From: Ylistrum balloti
Taxonomy: Eukaryota
DNA: 64,000 bases
NCBI RefSeq assembly: GCF_031769215.1
Contig: NW_026782132.1
Location: forward strand, 496,001-560,000
Direction: 5' to 3'
Shown here: positions 34,347 through 49,700 of the stretch, one piece after another
Layout: every line of letters begins with the position of its first letter
Numbering within the stretch: the first letter of the stretch is position 1
Made by a program: the position numbers and the translations under genes
The notes under the pieces: generated by a model
Told to the model about the DNA's origin: nothing
What the model saw: the letters and a program-made list of their open reading frames with translations, nothing else
Databases searched by the model: none

Positions 34347-37300
34347 TGTTGTTGTTAGGGGGCTGACAATTTTAAGGAAGGTTGATACTATTGATTTAAT
34401 AGATATACAATGTGTATGGAAACTTGATAGGAGCTGCCATCTATTGGACAGTTTCATAGGTAACTGTGAAACTTCCTGAGGAAGTCTCCTATCACAGTTC
34501 ATGGCTGACTCAGCTGATTAATGAAGATTTATTTTTAATCATAACCTGATCACATCAGTTTTTACCTGCCTACTGATCACCAAATTCACAGGTAGAACAT
34601 ACCTTTAGGATAGGCTGTCCAACCTGCACATAGATCAGTTAAATCACAGGCGATATGAATTTATCATTTTCTTCCTTGAAGTTACTAAAAACATCTCATT
34701 TGCACATCTTTTCAAATGTCACCAGTTTTTTTTTTTAAATGTACATTTCCACTGTTAAAAATATATGCTATGAATGGATAAAAGAAAGCTGCACTTCATA
34801 CCCCACACATATAAGTTTATCAAGATCATACCCAGGCGCTGTCGATACCTGGCTCCCATTTGGCTAATTGTGCCTGTCTCCTACTATAACACTCCTCGAC
34901 CCCATGCTCACCTCACCCTCTTGTCCTCCTCCTCTGTTTGACCTGCTGAGATAGCAAACCTATAATCCTGATACACCATGTACACAACCTATCATCACCA
35001 ATGGTATTATACAGATAACCAGATCTGATAGAGCCAGGTAAGAGATACCTGTACTAAATGCAATCACAGGTGTAATATCTATATACTTGTATACCTGTAT
35101 CTCTGTTAAAGCTATTAGACTGTCTGCAGGATTAATCCCACTTCTTCACTTTTTGAGACTCAAAAATGTTGCATTCTTCATTTGTCGTTTTGCTGCTCCT
35201 TTTTGGTTGCGTTAATCATCCTTTATTTGCAAATGTTTTCTCTTTTATTAGCACAGTTGTATATAGAAATAAATTAATCCTGACAAGATTATAAGTGTAA
35301 CACTTTTATCATAAATTATCCAAGAGTCTGCCTCGCACAAAAAGTTCATATCTTCTGGCTGTTTACACATACATCAATTTTACAGACTTAGCATATACTG
35401 ACTGTAGGGGTTAAAATTTGAGACAAGAAAAACCTGATGATAGGCTGTCCAGGAAATGATTTGTCATTGTCAGTGACTTACACAATACTGGACATGTTAC
35501 CACCTGTCGAGACCAATAATATATGGACAGCTCCGACTGGACATTCAAAACTATTTAGCTTTGTCATAGTGCAAGTTTCAAGTAAATCTTTGCTTATTAT
35601 GCTAGAAGGCATTACCTATTTGTTACAAGGTGGTATTTAGTACAGAAATGTGACACTGAATACTGTCCAGGTGAGTTCAGAATTTAGCTTCTAGGTAAAT
35701 ATGTAATAATTAGTTATTTCATTCAACATTTGCTTACAGAAAGAGAAACCTAGCTTGAAGGCATAAATATGTAATTATCGTTTATTATAATTGACCTGTT
35801 TAGGACATCAGGCTCATTAGAAAGAGTTAGTGCTAATGTGAAGGCAGGTTTAATGAAGGTGTGACACATGAATATGTAAATTTATTTACCTGTACACTGT
35901 GTATATAATTAAAATGTTTCACCTGTCATTTCAGTATTTGCTTTAATGCAAGGTGAAGACATGTAACCTGCTGTAAAGTTTATTTACTCTGTGATATTAA
36001 AACCATGGTAGTATACACCACTACCCATTATGAAGTTTGCCAGAGGCAGTTCTGCCATGTTATCATTTCTTATTAAATTAATTATGATTTGTGTGGCACT
36101 TGATAGAAACATACTGCATTACTAACATAGCCAACAGAAATATCAGAGTGGAAATTTCTGATGTCCTTTACAAAAAAAATACATAATTTCTCTTGGAACA
36201 GGTGTGTGCACATGTGATTTGATGTTGATTTACTATCTACAAACATTTTTAAGTTAGATATTAGTTTTGAATTATGTTTAATGGGCAAAAGAATTTCAGA
36301 AAATAAATCAGATGCATAAAAATACAATTTTGTGAAATTTTCTTTAGATAAAAAATTCTGCAGTTGTCAAACATAAATCTATTAGTTGTTTGTGATTATC
36401 TGGAGTGTATAAGCTGGCGTTACATACCTTGTTGTATACAGGTAATACAGAAAGGAAAGGTAGTTCTGCACATGCTTGTATACAATACGTTGAAGTACCA
36501 CAATAGTGACCTGTTTCTAAATACTGTAAGCTTATATATTTGAAATGATTAACTTAGAGTTATTTTAAAGTTAAACCTGACATTCCATTGTATTGACCAG
36601 ACACAGTACATACATTCATTGAGATATATACTGTAGATAATTTAGACTTTCCATAATTAATCTTAAAGCCAATTGAAAAAATTTACTGTATTAAAACACT
36701 ACTGTCATGTTGACAAAACTTTTTAGTATTGATAGATATTTTATGATAAATCCAATTAACCATCTACATGTATACTGTGCATGTTCATGGCAGAGTAACA
36801 GAAAAGATTTTGAAAACACATTAAAGTTTTGAATGGCCAGAATGTTTGTAGACTGAGAATGATGACATTATATGTCACGTTATTGAGGTGAATAAAAAAA
36901 ATGCAGTCAGATGTTCTCTTTTGATCTGTTTACGCCACAGAATTTCTATTGCATCTTAATATGCACTAAACAAACTCATTTTATACACAAGATATTTTTC
37001 ATTTTTATATGCAGAGGTGATGGTATTTAGGGTTAAAAGTTCACTTTTATTGATCAAACTGGGATCTGAATCATAGACAGGTTATACAATGAGGTCTACC
37101 CGCCAGGACATTCTTTTCCTCATGATACGATCGCACACGATTCACATGTTTTTCATCTTCAAATATCAGCAGGAGATAGGAAGTTAAAATGTCTTTCCCA
37201 CATTTTTTGCAAGTTGTTGAAATATTTGATTTCTTTAAATGTCTATTTGAAGATATTGACTAACTGAGGAGTAGGGGTCCTGTATCGTCATGACTAATTA

Positions 37301-40300
37301 TATGTAGTGAAACACAAAGATCTTTATAAAAGAGACTATGTGCTGTCATCAAACATAGAAATGTTCGTATGTGTAGTTTTTTTCTTAGCAACACAGGTAT
37401 AGGGCAGGCATTAACATACCTGCACCACACTGTAATGGGATGTTGTACAGAGAATCAAACTTATCTACACAAACCCAAAGGTTGTGTCGTTTATTGGTAA
37501 TGTGGTGTCACGGACAAAACTTGGGAGCTGCTATTTTATCTTGTCAGGTATTTAGAACTTATATTGACATTGCTGGCATCTGTGAGGAGAGATAGATTGG
37601 CAGCTAAACGTTTTCACAGGGAGTTTCTCCGATTTTTTATAAAGGAATCTTATTTTAAATGTTGTGTGGTCTGTATTAAGTATTTGTCAGTAGTTTTTAC
37701 TCATTTGTACTGGAAAAACTGAGTTTTAAGATAAACAACAGCTAGAATCCTCCAGTTTTTACAGTGCATTAGGCCCTTAATAGATGTCTATAACAGGTAT
37801 TATTGGGGTTATCACACTAGGATCTAGTTGATTGTAAAGTGCACTTAGGGTAATGTAAAAGCAAACGGAGATACAGCCTCTGAAACACAACAGCGAGGAA
37901 ACCCACCTAAAATGCAAGTATTAATGCTTTCAATTGACATCTAAACTTGATGAAAAACAAACATGATGCTGCACATGTTCCTGTTAGTCAAATCCGACAG
38001 CAACAGTCACTGTTAAAGTGGTCTTTTATGTTGTTGGGGAAAGAGGGAAGGGGGGTTGTGTGGGGTGGGGTGGTGGGGGGATGAAGAGGAGATTACTGTC
38101 CAGATAGCTATTGAGGTGAGAGAGAACAAACTGGGCAGTGATAGAGTGGAAGGGGTCCTTGTGGCCCAGCAGGGATTCAGGAAGATTTCAAGGTTTGGCT
38201 GCTTCACGATAGGATCACATATTTTGTTATGAGTACACCAAGAAAGACATTCAATATGATGGAAGTGTGTTATCTTACATAGTCACATTTCAAATAGTAG
38301 AAAAATAAACTGTAAGAAACAGGACGTTTGGTGACAGCTAACAACGCTCAGTTGATTTGCTGTCTATAACTACATATCTATATACAGATCAAAGTTATCC
38401 TACCTATACTTGAATACTCCTAATGAGATTTTGCCTCATATTGATCCTGTAATCTGAGCTTGGAACTCACTAGGAAAATTGAAGTTATTGAACTTTTTTA
38501 ATGATTTATCTGTGTGTGTGGTGAAGATGACCACGATGGTTGTAGAGACTGACCAACACAGTAGCGATGATATATTCTCATAGTGGTATGATAAAGTGTG
38601 ATTGTTTGTAAACATTGGAATGTCTTTGTACAAACCTCTGACCAAACAATCGCCTGGGTGCCCCTTATCAGGACCATAGCTGTGATGTCAGGACATTCTC
38701 GGCACACTTTCCCTATCGCCATGTCCTGGGTACAAGTTTACAGTTACTATGAATCAACGGAAATCCTGTCTTTTTATCTATGTTTGCGCACCATCTATAA
38801 CTTTGTAGGAAAATCTTTTAATGGTCTTTGCCTTGATAATTGTCAACCATTAAATTATCAATTATAATTCTGGCAAATTTTTCTCTCAGCCTTTTAATTG
38901 AAAGTCCACTTCTGAATTCCCCATTGTGAATAGACTATGTTTAGACGATCCATCATGGAAGACATAAGTATCACAAGATTATTCCAGCAAATTAATTTAA
39001 GTCCTTGGATATTTCCATGAAAGTTGGCTTTGTCATTATAAAGTCATGTTTGAATCCTTTAACAGCTTTGGACAGGTCTAATGGGAAAGGGGACAATAAA
39101 CATGTCATAAGGTGTGAAAAAACCATTAAATAATGATAGTCATCTCAGCCCTCAGTTAGTTACATGTAAATCTGACGTTCAAGTCCATCATTATCATTTA
39201 TATTAAAGACAAGATATTTAGAAAATCTTAAACCAATTTTATGGTAAGTATTAGGTATAAAAAGTCTATTATGAATTTTAATTAGCATAACAGAACACCA
39301 TTATCTAGAGTTGACCCTGGGTGGTTCCAGGGATGATGTGAATTGGATATTTGGTTGTTTGGGCATAAGGAAATGTCTTGAGTGTGAAAGGACAGGTTAG
39401 TCAACAGGCATATAAAACAAAAGCTTTTACATGGCTTCACCCAAAAAGGCAATAAATAGAACATATTCTATACAGACTTGTATATGATGTAAGTTAGAAT
39501 TTTACTTTTGGTACTCGTATAAAATTTGATTAAGCTCAAGGTAGCTGACCTTATTCTGAATATGGCTTTATTTGAATATCCTGATAGAATTTTATATTCA
39601 TTATTTTTCGATACTATATATAGATTTTAATTTGCTTATTCTTTTATAAAGGAATAGTTGTATTTTGATGGACTATAATTTGAATTACTTGCAATAAAGG
39701 GACAAAGAATAAATATTTATACAAGATATATATATGTATTTACCTAAGATTTACACCAGTGTAATGCTATGACTGATTCAGTCTGACAGAACTAATGGCA
39801 GCCTTGTTATTGCGCCCACCCACAACAAGATAAACAAGGAGAGATGTGGCCTGACAAGGATCCTAATCTTATCTCCATCAGAATTCTAAGTGACCAGTAT
39901 GGGTGAAGGGCTGATCTGGCAGCCAAACTTCATGTGACATATGATTTTAATTAACAAAATTACACTGTGCTCCCTCAGGGGTAAAACCTCTTTGTAGATT
40001 AATCAGATGGAAAATTATAATCAAGCACATAAAGAGCTGTACTCAAATTTAGGCAAATTTTACTCAAAGGTTTAAAGTGGAATAGAAATGTCAGGTATAT
40101 TAGAAATGTATGTTTAGGAATATTTTGCATGCGACTCCCATCAGGAATTTTGGTTTAAGCCTTTATATAACATACACATGTTGTATACCAATGAAGTTCT
40201 TTTGATGCCTTCTATACAAGTGGTGGTGTTCTCTCAGGGCGAACAGACGTGATTATAACATAACATCAAAGTTACAGAGGTGCAAATCTTATCTGGTCAG

Positions 40301-43300
40301 GAATATTGATATTATTGGTAGAACTGTGAAACCTGTTTATTCAATTGTCTATCAGTTTTGATGTTGAGACTTGCTAACCTTATATTTCCCACTAACACCT
40401 GGCTTTGGTGGACTTTTTTGATGTGCTGGTACTGACTATACATCTGTGTTCCAGTCACACTCAGGTGTAAATTAGATTTTAGGGTTGGCTCCCCTACATG
40501 TAAAGGACAGGTATGCAGCCATTTTTTGGGACCCTCAAATAAATGACTTGCCACCTTTGATACCCTTTTGTCTGAATGGGGGTGGACGGGAAGCTTTCTC
40601 TAGGCATTGAAAAGTGTATCCTAAATAGAGACCTGGACAAGGCTGTAAAATGGCAGCCATCTTGGTTTGTCACAGTCGGCTGAACTTTTCATTGTGTTAT
40701 GTTTGCTTGGAGGGACATTTGGCAGACTTTATGAGCCATGAAAACCAAAGATTCTAAAAAGATGGATCTAGATGGGGACTTGGAATGTAGTGGCCTTCTT
40801 TGTCTGGCATTGTTGTTGAGAGATCACCCTTATAAGCTATAGGACATCTAACCATCCAGATAGATATCAGTGCTTTGTGAAAGGGATCTATGTATACCTA
40901 CCTGGTCTGTCTGTCAGGCAGCTGCCCAATCCAACAAAATTGAAAAAAAAAATGCAACTCTTTATTCAATTGAAGAAAAAATTCTTTTCACTTTTTTTAT
41001 GTAATTTGATTTGTTGTATCAGTGTTGTTGCTACCTAAAGTACATTTTTACACATCTATACAAATGACTTGGTCTTTATTGTTTAATATTAGACATTTTA
41101 AGTGGTTGCAAATCATGTTAAAGAACCATAAAATCTATGTTTTATGGAGGCAGCATCCTTTTTCTGATGGAGTGAGATAGGATATATAATTTGTCATGTA
41201 ACCACTCCTTGTTTGGTGTTAAAGATTTGTTCTAACTTTAAAAGTAGATATCTCTTCACATGACCTATTCAACATTAAAGGGATATATGAAATAAGGAAA
41301 TTACTGAAGTATTTGGAAAAGAAAATCCTTTTCCTTAACATTATGTTTTAACAATAGAAGTACTTTTATCATATTTGTTGGAGATTTATGCATATATAAA
41401 GAGGCTTTAGTTTAGAAATGATGGAAAGGAGATGTGTTTGTAGGTCTGTCTATCTATTCAGTGAAGATGAGATGGATTTAGGGATTATTTTGTCTGTAAT
41501 AGCGGCTGTATTTCTGACTGACCATAAAACATCTCTATGTACACTCTTCACATCAATCACAGTGCTAAACCTCCACACAAGCACTCACAAAATCTCTTAC
41601 TGTTGTCAAAACTCTTGACGGGAATGCAAATTGCAGAAGATTGTTCCATGTTGGTGAAAGAAGTCAGTTGATTCTGCAGATGTTTGAGTGACTTTGAGAT
41701 GTTGTGGAATTTTGGTGTGTGAGCTGCTTGCTGGATGTGAAATGTTTAGAGCTTAGCAGAATTGTCAGAGTTAACAATAGAATGTGGTAGATCTAAAGTA
41801 GAAATCTTCAAACATCTGGTGGAGCCAGATCAACCAACATCAGGATTTGTTGTTACACAACACATGGTCCAAGTCAGAGATATGTTTGGGTGACATTCTG
41901 TTGATGACAGAGATACCAATGTAACATGTAATTTCATTAGTGGAGATTTGTTACAGAGAGAAAACAACATACTGCTTAACTTCAGATTCTTGTCATCATT
42001 CACAGCTGATTGGCCCTTGTACCACAGCCCTAAATCTGCCTTTCTAATAGTCATTATTTTCTATCACTTTTATATTTTGAAATTTGTTTGCTGCCAAAGA
42101 TATTGTAATATTAGAAAGAAACTAAAAAAGTGATTCAGCCCCATGTATGCTGATTGAAAATGGGTATAGTAACACTTTGCTAAATGTTCTGTTAAGTTAG
42201 GCTGATTTGAGCTGAAGCCAAATACTAACTCAAGTATTAGAGAATTGGCGAGCACAGAGAAACAGGGTGGGGGAAGTTAAACGAATTAAAGGAAATGGAA
42301 ACAATTCCTGTGCTTCATGATGAACCATAATAACTGGCAGACTAACATCAGACGTTCTCTAGGGGTAGCATATGTATGTAACTGTGGAAGAAATCAGGGG
42401 ACACAAATGTCACGTGATAGTCCATCCTATGGCAGTCAAAAACAAGGCAGAGATTACACCACATTAGTTATTTAAGTACATTTTGTTTTTCTGGCGTTTA
42501 TAGAAACATTCTTGTCGCACGATAAGACTGGCTCTGCTCCAATGCAGCTGAAAAGACACCAACAGCACACAGAGATTTACCCATTATGTATCTGCCACAG
42601 AGGAATAGGTAGTGCTGGGTCTGATACCGTCAGCCATTGTCCTCGAAAATATATCTTTTGTAATATTATCACATACGGCTTTATACAAATTTCATACCTG
42701 ACTGCGTTTCTGAAATTCATACGAGACAAAACTAAGTTGATTTAAACAAACCCTACCCGCAAGGACAGTCGGATACCTTGGGTTGAGTTAATATCAAATG
42801 ATATTGAAGAGTGATTCATGACAATATAAATATGGTTATTTTCAGACACAAAGAAGTTTGGCAGTCACCAAGTCTGTTTCATTATGTACTGTCGTGTAAA
42901 CTCTGAAACATATGAGTTGTGTAGATGGTGTGGTCACAAAAGATGATGAACACCGGATCTCTAACTACCATAGAGGACCTACATTTTGTATCCTCACACA
43001 CCTCCAAGGGTTGATTTGTCCATTTATTAACCAGTGACTAACCACCGAAACATTTTTGCCGATCTGTGTCTATTTTTTCAAACCAATAACCCTATCAAAT
43101 TAGAACTTTGACACCTAGTATGTGTTCCCTCACTTTGCCTGACAAGAAAGAGGCGGAATTTAAAGTGAATTATGCAGTCAATTTACCTCCTTTAGAAAAC
43201 AGGCCTATATGTAGATGCTATCAGCCCGAATGTGTGCCAGTCATTTGCTTATCTCAGAAGAATGGTAGAGACAGAAATAAAGATAGAGTCTCCCCTTAAA

Positions 43301-43416
43301 TAATGAAGAGGACAGAATTCAATTGTTTTTTTGGGTTTTTTGTGTAGGGTATTCAGTACAGGCATGTCTGGGTGAGTGTGGTCATGGAGTTTGTTATAAC
43401 TCAAGAAATTTGCTAC

Positions 43417-43770
43417 GGACTAGACAAGGACATAAAGAGATCTAGGACCGGAAAAAGTCTCAAAAAACAGCTTCACATCAGTCAAAGACCTACAGAAAGC
43501 TGCTAAATGACTGTCTATAAAAAGTGTAAGGACTTAAAAAAATTAGAAATATAAAGATCTACAAAAACGGTTAAGGACTACAGAAAGCTTGTCACAGACT
43601 AGACAAGAACTATAGAAAGCTTCTAAAAGGTTTGACAAAGACTAAAGAAAGCTTTTAATGAACCAGACAAGAACTAAAGAAAGCTTGTAATGGATTAGGA
43701 AAAGCTTGTAACAGAACAGACAAGGACTATACAGAAAGCTTGTTTTAAACTAGACAAGGACTAAAGAAAG
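43417..43770. repeat. Degenerate tandem repeat, about 32 bp (agactagacaaggactatagaaagcttgt)
   Basis: Recurrent ctagacaag(g/a)ac and gaaagctt motifs. Confidence 0.75.
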
Positions 43771-46700
43771 ATTTTTGCAGAATTATTTTTATCATTATTT
43801 TATTGCCTGCTTCATTTGAGAATATTTGTGTTTATCTAATTCAAATAAAATTCCTGTCAAGGCATTGGCATACATGTCTAAGTGGACACCATTCACAGAA
43901 TGACCATTTGGCCAAGACTTTGTGGGTCACCTGACTATTGTTGTAGATGCCCCCTATTGTAGTGTGCAGATAATCCTTATCAGATGAGGAGGTCAATCTT
44001 GACCCAGATGACCACTGTCCAGGGGTTCTTTACTGTGTAACAAAAGAGCTGATTGACAGGCCTAAGAATCTGGAATCCGCAGTCCTTTTGTGGACACAGG
44101 AAAAATACCTGAATCACAAATGATCATTAAATCCGCTTGTAAATTTCTACAGAAATGCACAAATAAATGCTGATAATGGTGTAAAGATTGAGCGATGATA
44201 TCATTGTATTGGCTGTGACAGATCTGTGGATGGACAACAGCAGACAGGCCCTAGATATGGTCGAGGCCAATTGCCTCAACATCAAAGAAAACCAAATATT
44301 TCCATATTTTTAGATTAGGGATTGGTAGTTTTGCAGGTGAAAAATATTTCATGTGATCAATATTCGTATGGTTTATACGGGTGAGGGATTTACTTTGACA
44401 AGCCATGACAGTGAATTCAGTCCAAACATACACGTGATTACAAAGCATCAGTGTCAAAGGCATATCGGTACAATTACGGTTAAAAAACCAGTATTCACTG
44501 AAAAAGAAATTTTCTTACAATTGATTATTTCCGATCTGCAAGAGGTCCTTTATTCAACCCAGTACGAAATTGATCAGTGTTAATTCCCTGTATGTATAAC
44601 TGAATGGGAACAACAAGACAGTTGTGCCATAGCTATAGGAAACCCCTGTCACATTAGGGATGTATTAAATTATTATAAATTCCGGAAAAATTTTTCTAAG
44701 CTTTGATCTTGTATTAATGTGTAATGATTATGCTGTAGGGCAAATATTATTGTATAAATCATAAATTAGTCATTCATAATCCCTGTAAGTTTTCAGTCAA
44801 GGATTTAGTAAAAGTTTCTGTATGTAAGGTATAGTGAGTTATTGTGTCTGGAAATGTCAGTAGATGGCCTTGTTTATGGAGGGTCGGTACTTTAATCTAA
44901 TGAAATGAAATGAATCTCTGCCAATCCATTCAGCCTGGGCTTATACTACCTGTCTCGCCTTACCTAGAAAACTTCACCTGTTAAACAGATTATTTAAAAT
45001 TATCATAACACACTAATTAAGCAACATGAAAGGAAGGATATTGTCATCTCTCTGTAATGTATAGAAAATTAATATATTTAATAGAAACTGAAATGATATA
45101 TCATGTATGGTTTCATGTGCACATTTGTGTGAGGTAAATTAGTGATGAACATTGATCTATAATAATTGTATGATTTTTTGTGTCTGATACAACAGATCCA
45201 TGTATCAAAACCGACATTAGACAGGTATACTTCATATTATGTATTTATGTCCTACAAATGCTAATATTCAGTGTACATCCCATTTTAATTTATGCATGGA
45301 TTTTAAAATGTCAGATGTGTGTACCTGTTGGAGAAGATTAGTTGTAATAAGATCAGGGGTAAGCTGTTGATGAGTCAGAAATCCTGCCACATTACTGGAC
45401 TTTGATTACGAACAATTGATGAAATGTTGGGTGATTGGAATGTGGTTAGTACACCTGTGATCTTTTCCACCTGTCTATAGGGGACTATCAGTTTCCACCT
45501 GTAAAGGTTGTACATTCAAATATAACATATGGTAGAGAATGACAAACACTATGAAAATTCATAGCGAAAAAGGATATGGTAAGGGATACTGAAAAAATAA
45601 GGAATGAATGGAAATAATTTCACAGATGTAGTCATAATTTGTGTCTAGAAGCGATACAATATTATCCAGGCTATAGTATAGAACCATTATCAATTTCATC
45701 TGAGAATTTCTTTCTTGTTTTGTTTAAAATAAAAAAGTGAAAAAAAATAATTTTCTTTTGTTTACCCAAAAACCCGTATCAATATCCTAGAAGTGTATTT
45801 CTTATTGAAAACTAAGCAAATTGATAGGTTTATAGTAACACGCCAAACATTTCATGTTTGGAAGTGTGAGACTAGAAAAACCTCCCAGGGAGATGTGCTC
45901 ATTAAATGTTTTGTGGATGGTTTTCGTTGTGATTATAGGCTGTTTAACTTCAGATCAGAGGAGGTCACATAGTGTCGTTACTTGTCCTTAGGTGGCTAAT
46001 TCATTCTCGGCTATAATACAGAGATGTCATTTAGCACTCAATTAACCTTAGATATTTACAATAATCCATTCCAGTTCGGACAGAACCATTCACATTTCAC
46101 TTGAGCATTCTCTTTGTCAGCTATAATATTATCAAAGTGAGTTTTGAATGAACCAATGAAATTGCTGGTGTTAGTTTTACTCTTTTTTTACTTCATTTGA
46201 CAGTAAAACGATCTTTAATTGATTTTAATTTTGATAAAGATCGGAATTTGATTATGATAGAAATGGAATTTTGCTGTTGTATCTAATAACAATGTAACAA
46301 TGAGTCAACGTCCATCCATTCTGGCTCCTTGTTGTATACCAGTACTCAATACACAGGAATCACAAAAAAAAAAAAAAACATTCCTGTACTCTTTACCTAT
46401 CTCATGTTAATAGCCTTGCTTTGTTCAGGTTTCAGCCCTCATTTTAGTGTATAGATGTGACAGGTCCTTTGATAAGAATTCTCATATTATGAAAGTCTAA
46501 AATTAGTAGAGATTTTCAGATAAGTGTCGTTTTCCAGGTCATCTTTTGTTATCGAGTCATTGTTAGGTGATTCGGGACTAATTAAAAACCTTTAGAAATG
46601 GCCTCATTTTAATCTTCATAGTTTTTGTGTTGTCACTCTTTTAAATGTTTATGACAGAAAATGTTTTTTTGAAATGATTCCCGCAAGTATCAAAGATATT

Positions 46701-49700
46701 ATAACAACATCTGGTGCCGTACTATAACAGGTATAAATGTTTAATTATCTTATGTCATACAAATGTAGCTGTCTTTCTTCTTGTAGATTTCATATGAGGA
46801 TAGAACAAAACAATAAAGGTGTGTAGATACCACAGTGTTTGACCCATATCATTTCTGTACATTTTCATTTGAAGGAGGATGGATTCTGAGGACTTAATTA
46901 AAAACAAAGGCTTTATTGTGTTAAGATGTAGGTGAAATTTTTATTATTGTTTACAGATGTGCTGATAATCACCTGCACAATATCATCAATCAGACATTGC
47001 TTTGGCTACATGCTGGACATAGCAGTGTATTGGAGGTGGAGAGTGTTGTTCTGCTATCTCCTATATTATGTTTATACACGCCCATACATCACTTATGTAA
47101 TGGACTATTATATTTTCTCAAGGTGTTTCATGTTGACAGGGGGCGGGGTAGAAACTTCCACTCCTAGAACGTACAGACTTTGCTGTAGACGTGAGACTAT
47201 GCTTTCTCCAACATTTTGGGCATGCCAGCACCCTGTCCTCTAGGATACAAGCATATTCCCACTAATGAGTTGGATCCCAGAGGAGATAGAGCTGGGTCTC
47301 CACCAAACATCTGCTCCCTCTGGCAGACATTGGTGTCCTTGTTAGTGGTGCATGTGCCACGCGGGATGCATTTAACTTCAATATTGCAGTGACATGGCGC
47401 CTTTAGGTACATCTGCTTTACTGATAAGTAAATATTCATGATGTTTTTTTTGGAACCAAATTGGTGATTGGTTCCAAATGACATTTCATTTACTTGGCAT
47501 ATGAGCGGTATTTCACTTCTAAACATTTTGTTTTTATATCATTGTGTAATGTAATTTGCTGTTGTAGTATAATCCTACAGCCCTATACAGGGAAGAATTT
47601 AGGGGATGGTTATATATGGTACAGGTCAGATCTCCTAACATGTTTTGGCCATTTCTCTGGTGGAGATCATTAGAATACCTATTCACACTAGACAGGTGTG
47701 GGAGATGGACAATGGTGTACCAGCTCTTTGCGGTCCTTACAGCTTGATTGACACAAGTTGAAGGATGTTTTGTACAGTTTCTGTGTTCTATATATAAAAT
47801 TCTATCTCTTTGTTCTTTCTTCCATACTATAGATCTAATGGAATAAAAATGATCGATAAAAAACAGAAAGAAGTTGCATGTATTGTGTCTTTAGATGCTG
47901 TCAAGTTAACAATGCTACCAGTATATGGCCAGACTGACCAGTGGTCATCCTGTGGCCAGCCAATACACCTGTGTCTACTCCAAGTGATGATTACCTTTAC
48001 TCATTCTCATTTATAACAACCAGGTCATTTGTACATATGTACATGATTCTCACCTGATAGGTGAAAATGGTGGACAGTATTGTTTGGTACTGCAGCCAAG
48101 ACTATCTGTCACCTGTCCTCATTGTAACTACTGCGGCCAGGTAAAAACCAGCACTTATTGCTGCCTCATTATCATGTGTGACCCTTTAATCACAAGTTGA
48201 TGGTAAATTAATGGAGTATGTTTGAAGTGTGCTGTGTATTGTCTATGGTAGCCTCATAGAGTTGATACATGTGGTCACAGTGACTGGGACAGGGACCATT
48301 AATAAGCTTTTATCTGTCTCAAACACTTATATAGCAAAATAGTATTGTATATACAAAACAAAAGCATAATTTATATATTCAGAACTTTTTTGTCAGTAAC
48401 ACACAAATTCCTTTTCACTTTCATCAAAATTAGATGTAAATACAAAAAACCTATTGCTATTAACGTGATGATGAACTTCAGTATTTATTTCGGTTGATTC
48501 CATTTTGATTTCAGTTTCTGAATTTAAAATTGATTTCAATAATGCCACATTTAACTCAGTACTAGAATCTGAATTGTTTATTATCATTATAATATCAAAT
48601 AGTTAACATTTATAAAATACAATTATCGCCATTTTTGGAGAAGGTTTACTCATTAAACAGTGATTAATTTTGATTATAGATTACATAATGCTAGTCTATA
48701 TATCCAAAAACACTCATATATGATTTCGAAGATGATAAAATTCCAATATTTTTATCCATAACTTAGAAAAAAAATCATCCAATATTCATTGGTCAGTTTG
48801 AAGATAATAAGGCTGTAGTAGTCACAAATTGAATCTTGGTATAAAAGTGGTCAGTTTCCAGCTTTATAGTGTAACAAACCAATTGTTCGGCCATCTGGTT
48901 GTTGTCAGAACAAATTGAGTTAAGTTGAGTTTATATTCATGAGCTTGCTGGGAGGATGAATTCATCAATCAGTTTCTGACAATCTGTCCAGTAAGATGTC
49001 ACATCTGTACACTTAGTTTTACAAACCAAGGTTGCCCTAATGTCCAGAACCTTAACTTTTGACTACCAATCTTAAATTGACCAGCTTTACCAAATGTCTT
49101 GTTGGATACAAAAATCTGACATTGAAAAATCTGACCACTGAGTGGAAAGAGATGTGTGTTTATATATCTGAAGCAGAGACAGAAGCCAAACTCTTGTTTA
49201 TTTACTAAATGTTTAGCTTGGCATGAGGTTTGTGAGAGGAGGGTTTTCAATATTCCTAGCTACATATAAATCTCTAAAGAACACATGTGTTATTGATGAA
49301 AGTTATATCTGTATCAAGTTGTACCCAAGTTTGTTAGGGACTTAAAGATTATGTTTAGGAACTTGTAGGTATATTGAGTTGTTGATTATTTAACACGATG
49401 CAGGTGTGAGGAGGAGGGATGCAGTGTTGACTGGTGGGATTTCCTGTCCAATAGAATAACGACCCTGATGTAATAACTTCCACATTTAGCTTCTCATCAG
49501 TGGTATAATATTGATATGTCAGGACCAGAGTTCTAGATACCTACACTTATGATGATAATATCGTAAGAAATGTTGGCACCAATTAATCTTTATTCCTTCT
49601 GGCTTTTAGACATGATTGGTAAAGACTCTGATGTTTATATCAAGGAATTAACGAATAAGACTGATTTAGAAGTTAAAATGTTTAGTTTATAAGACTACTG

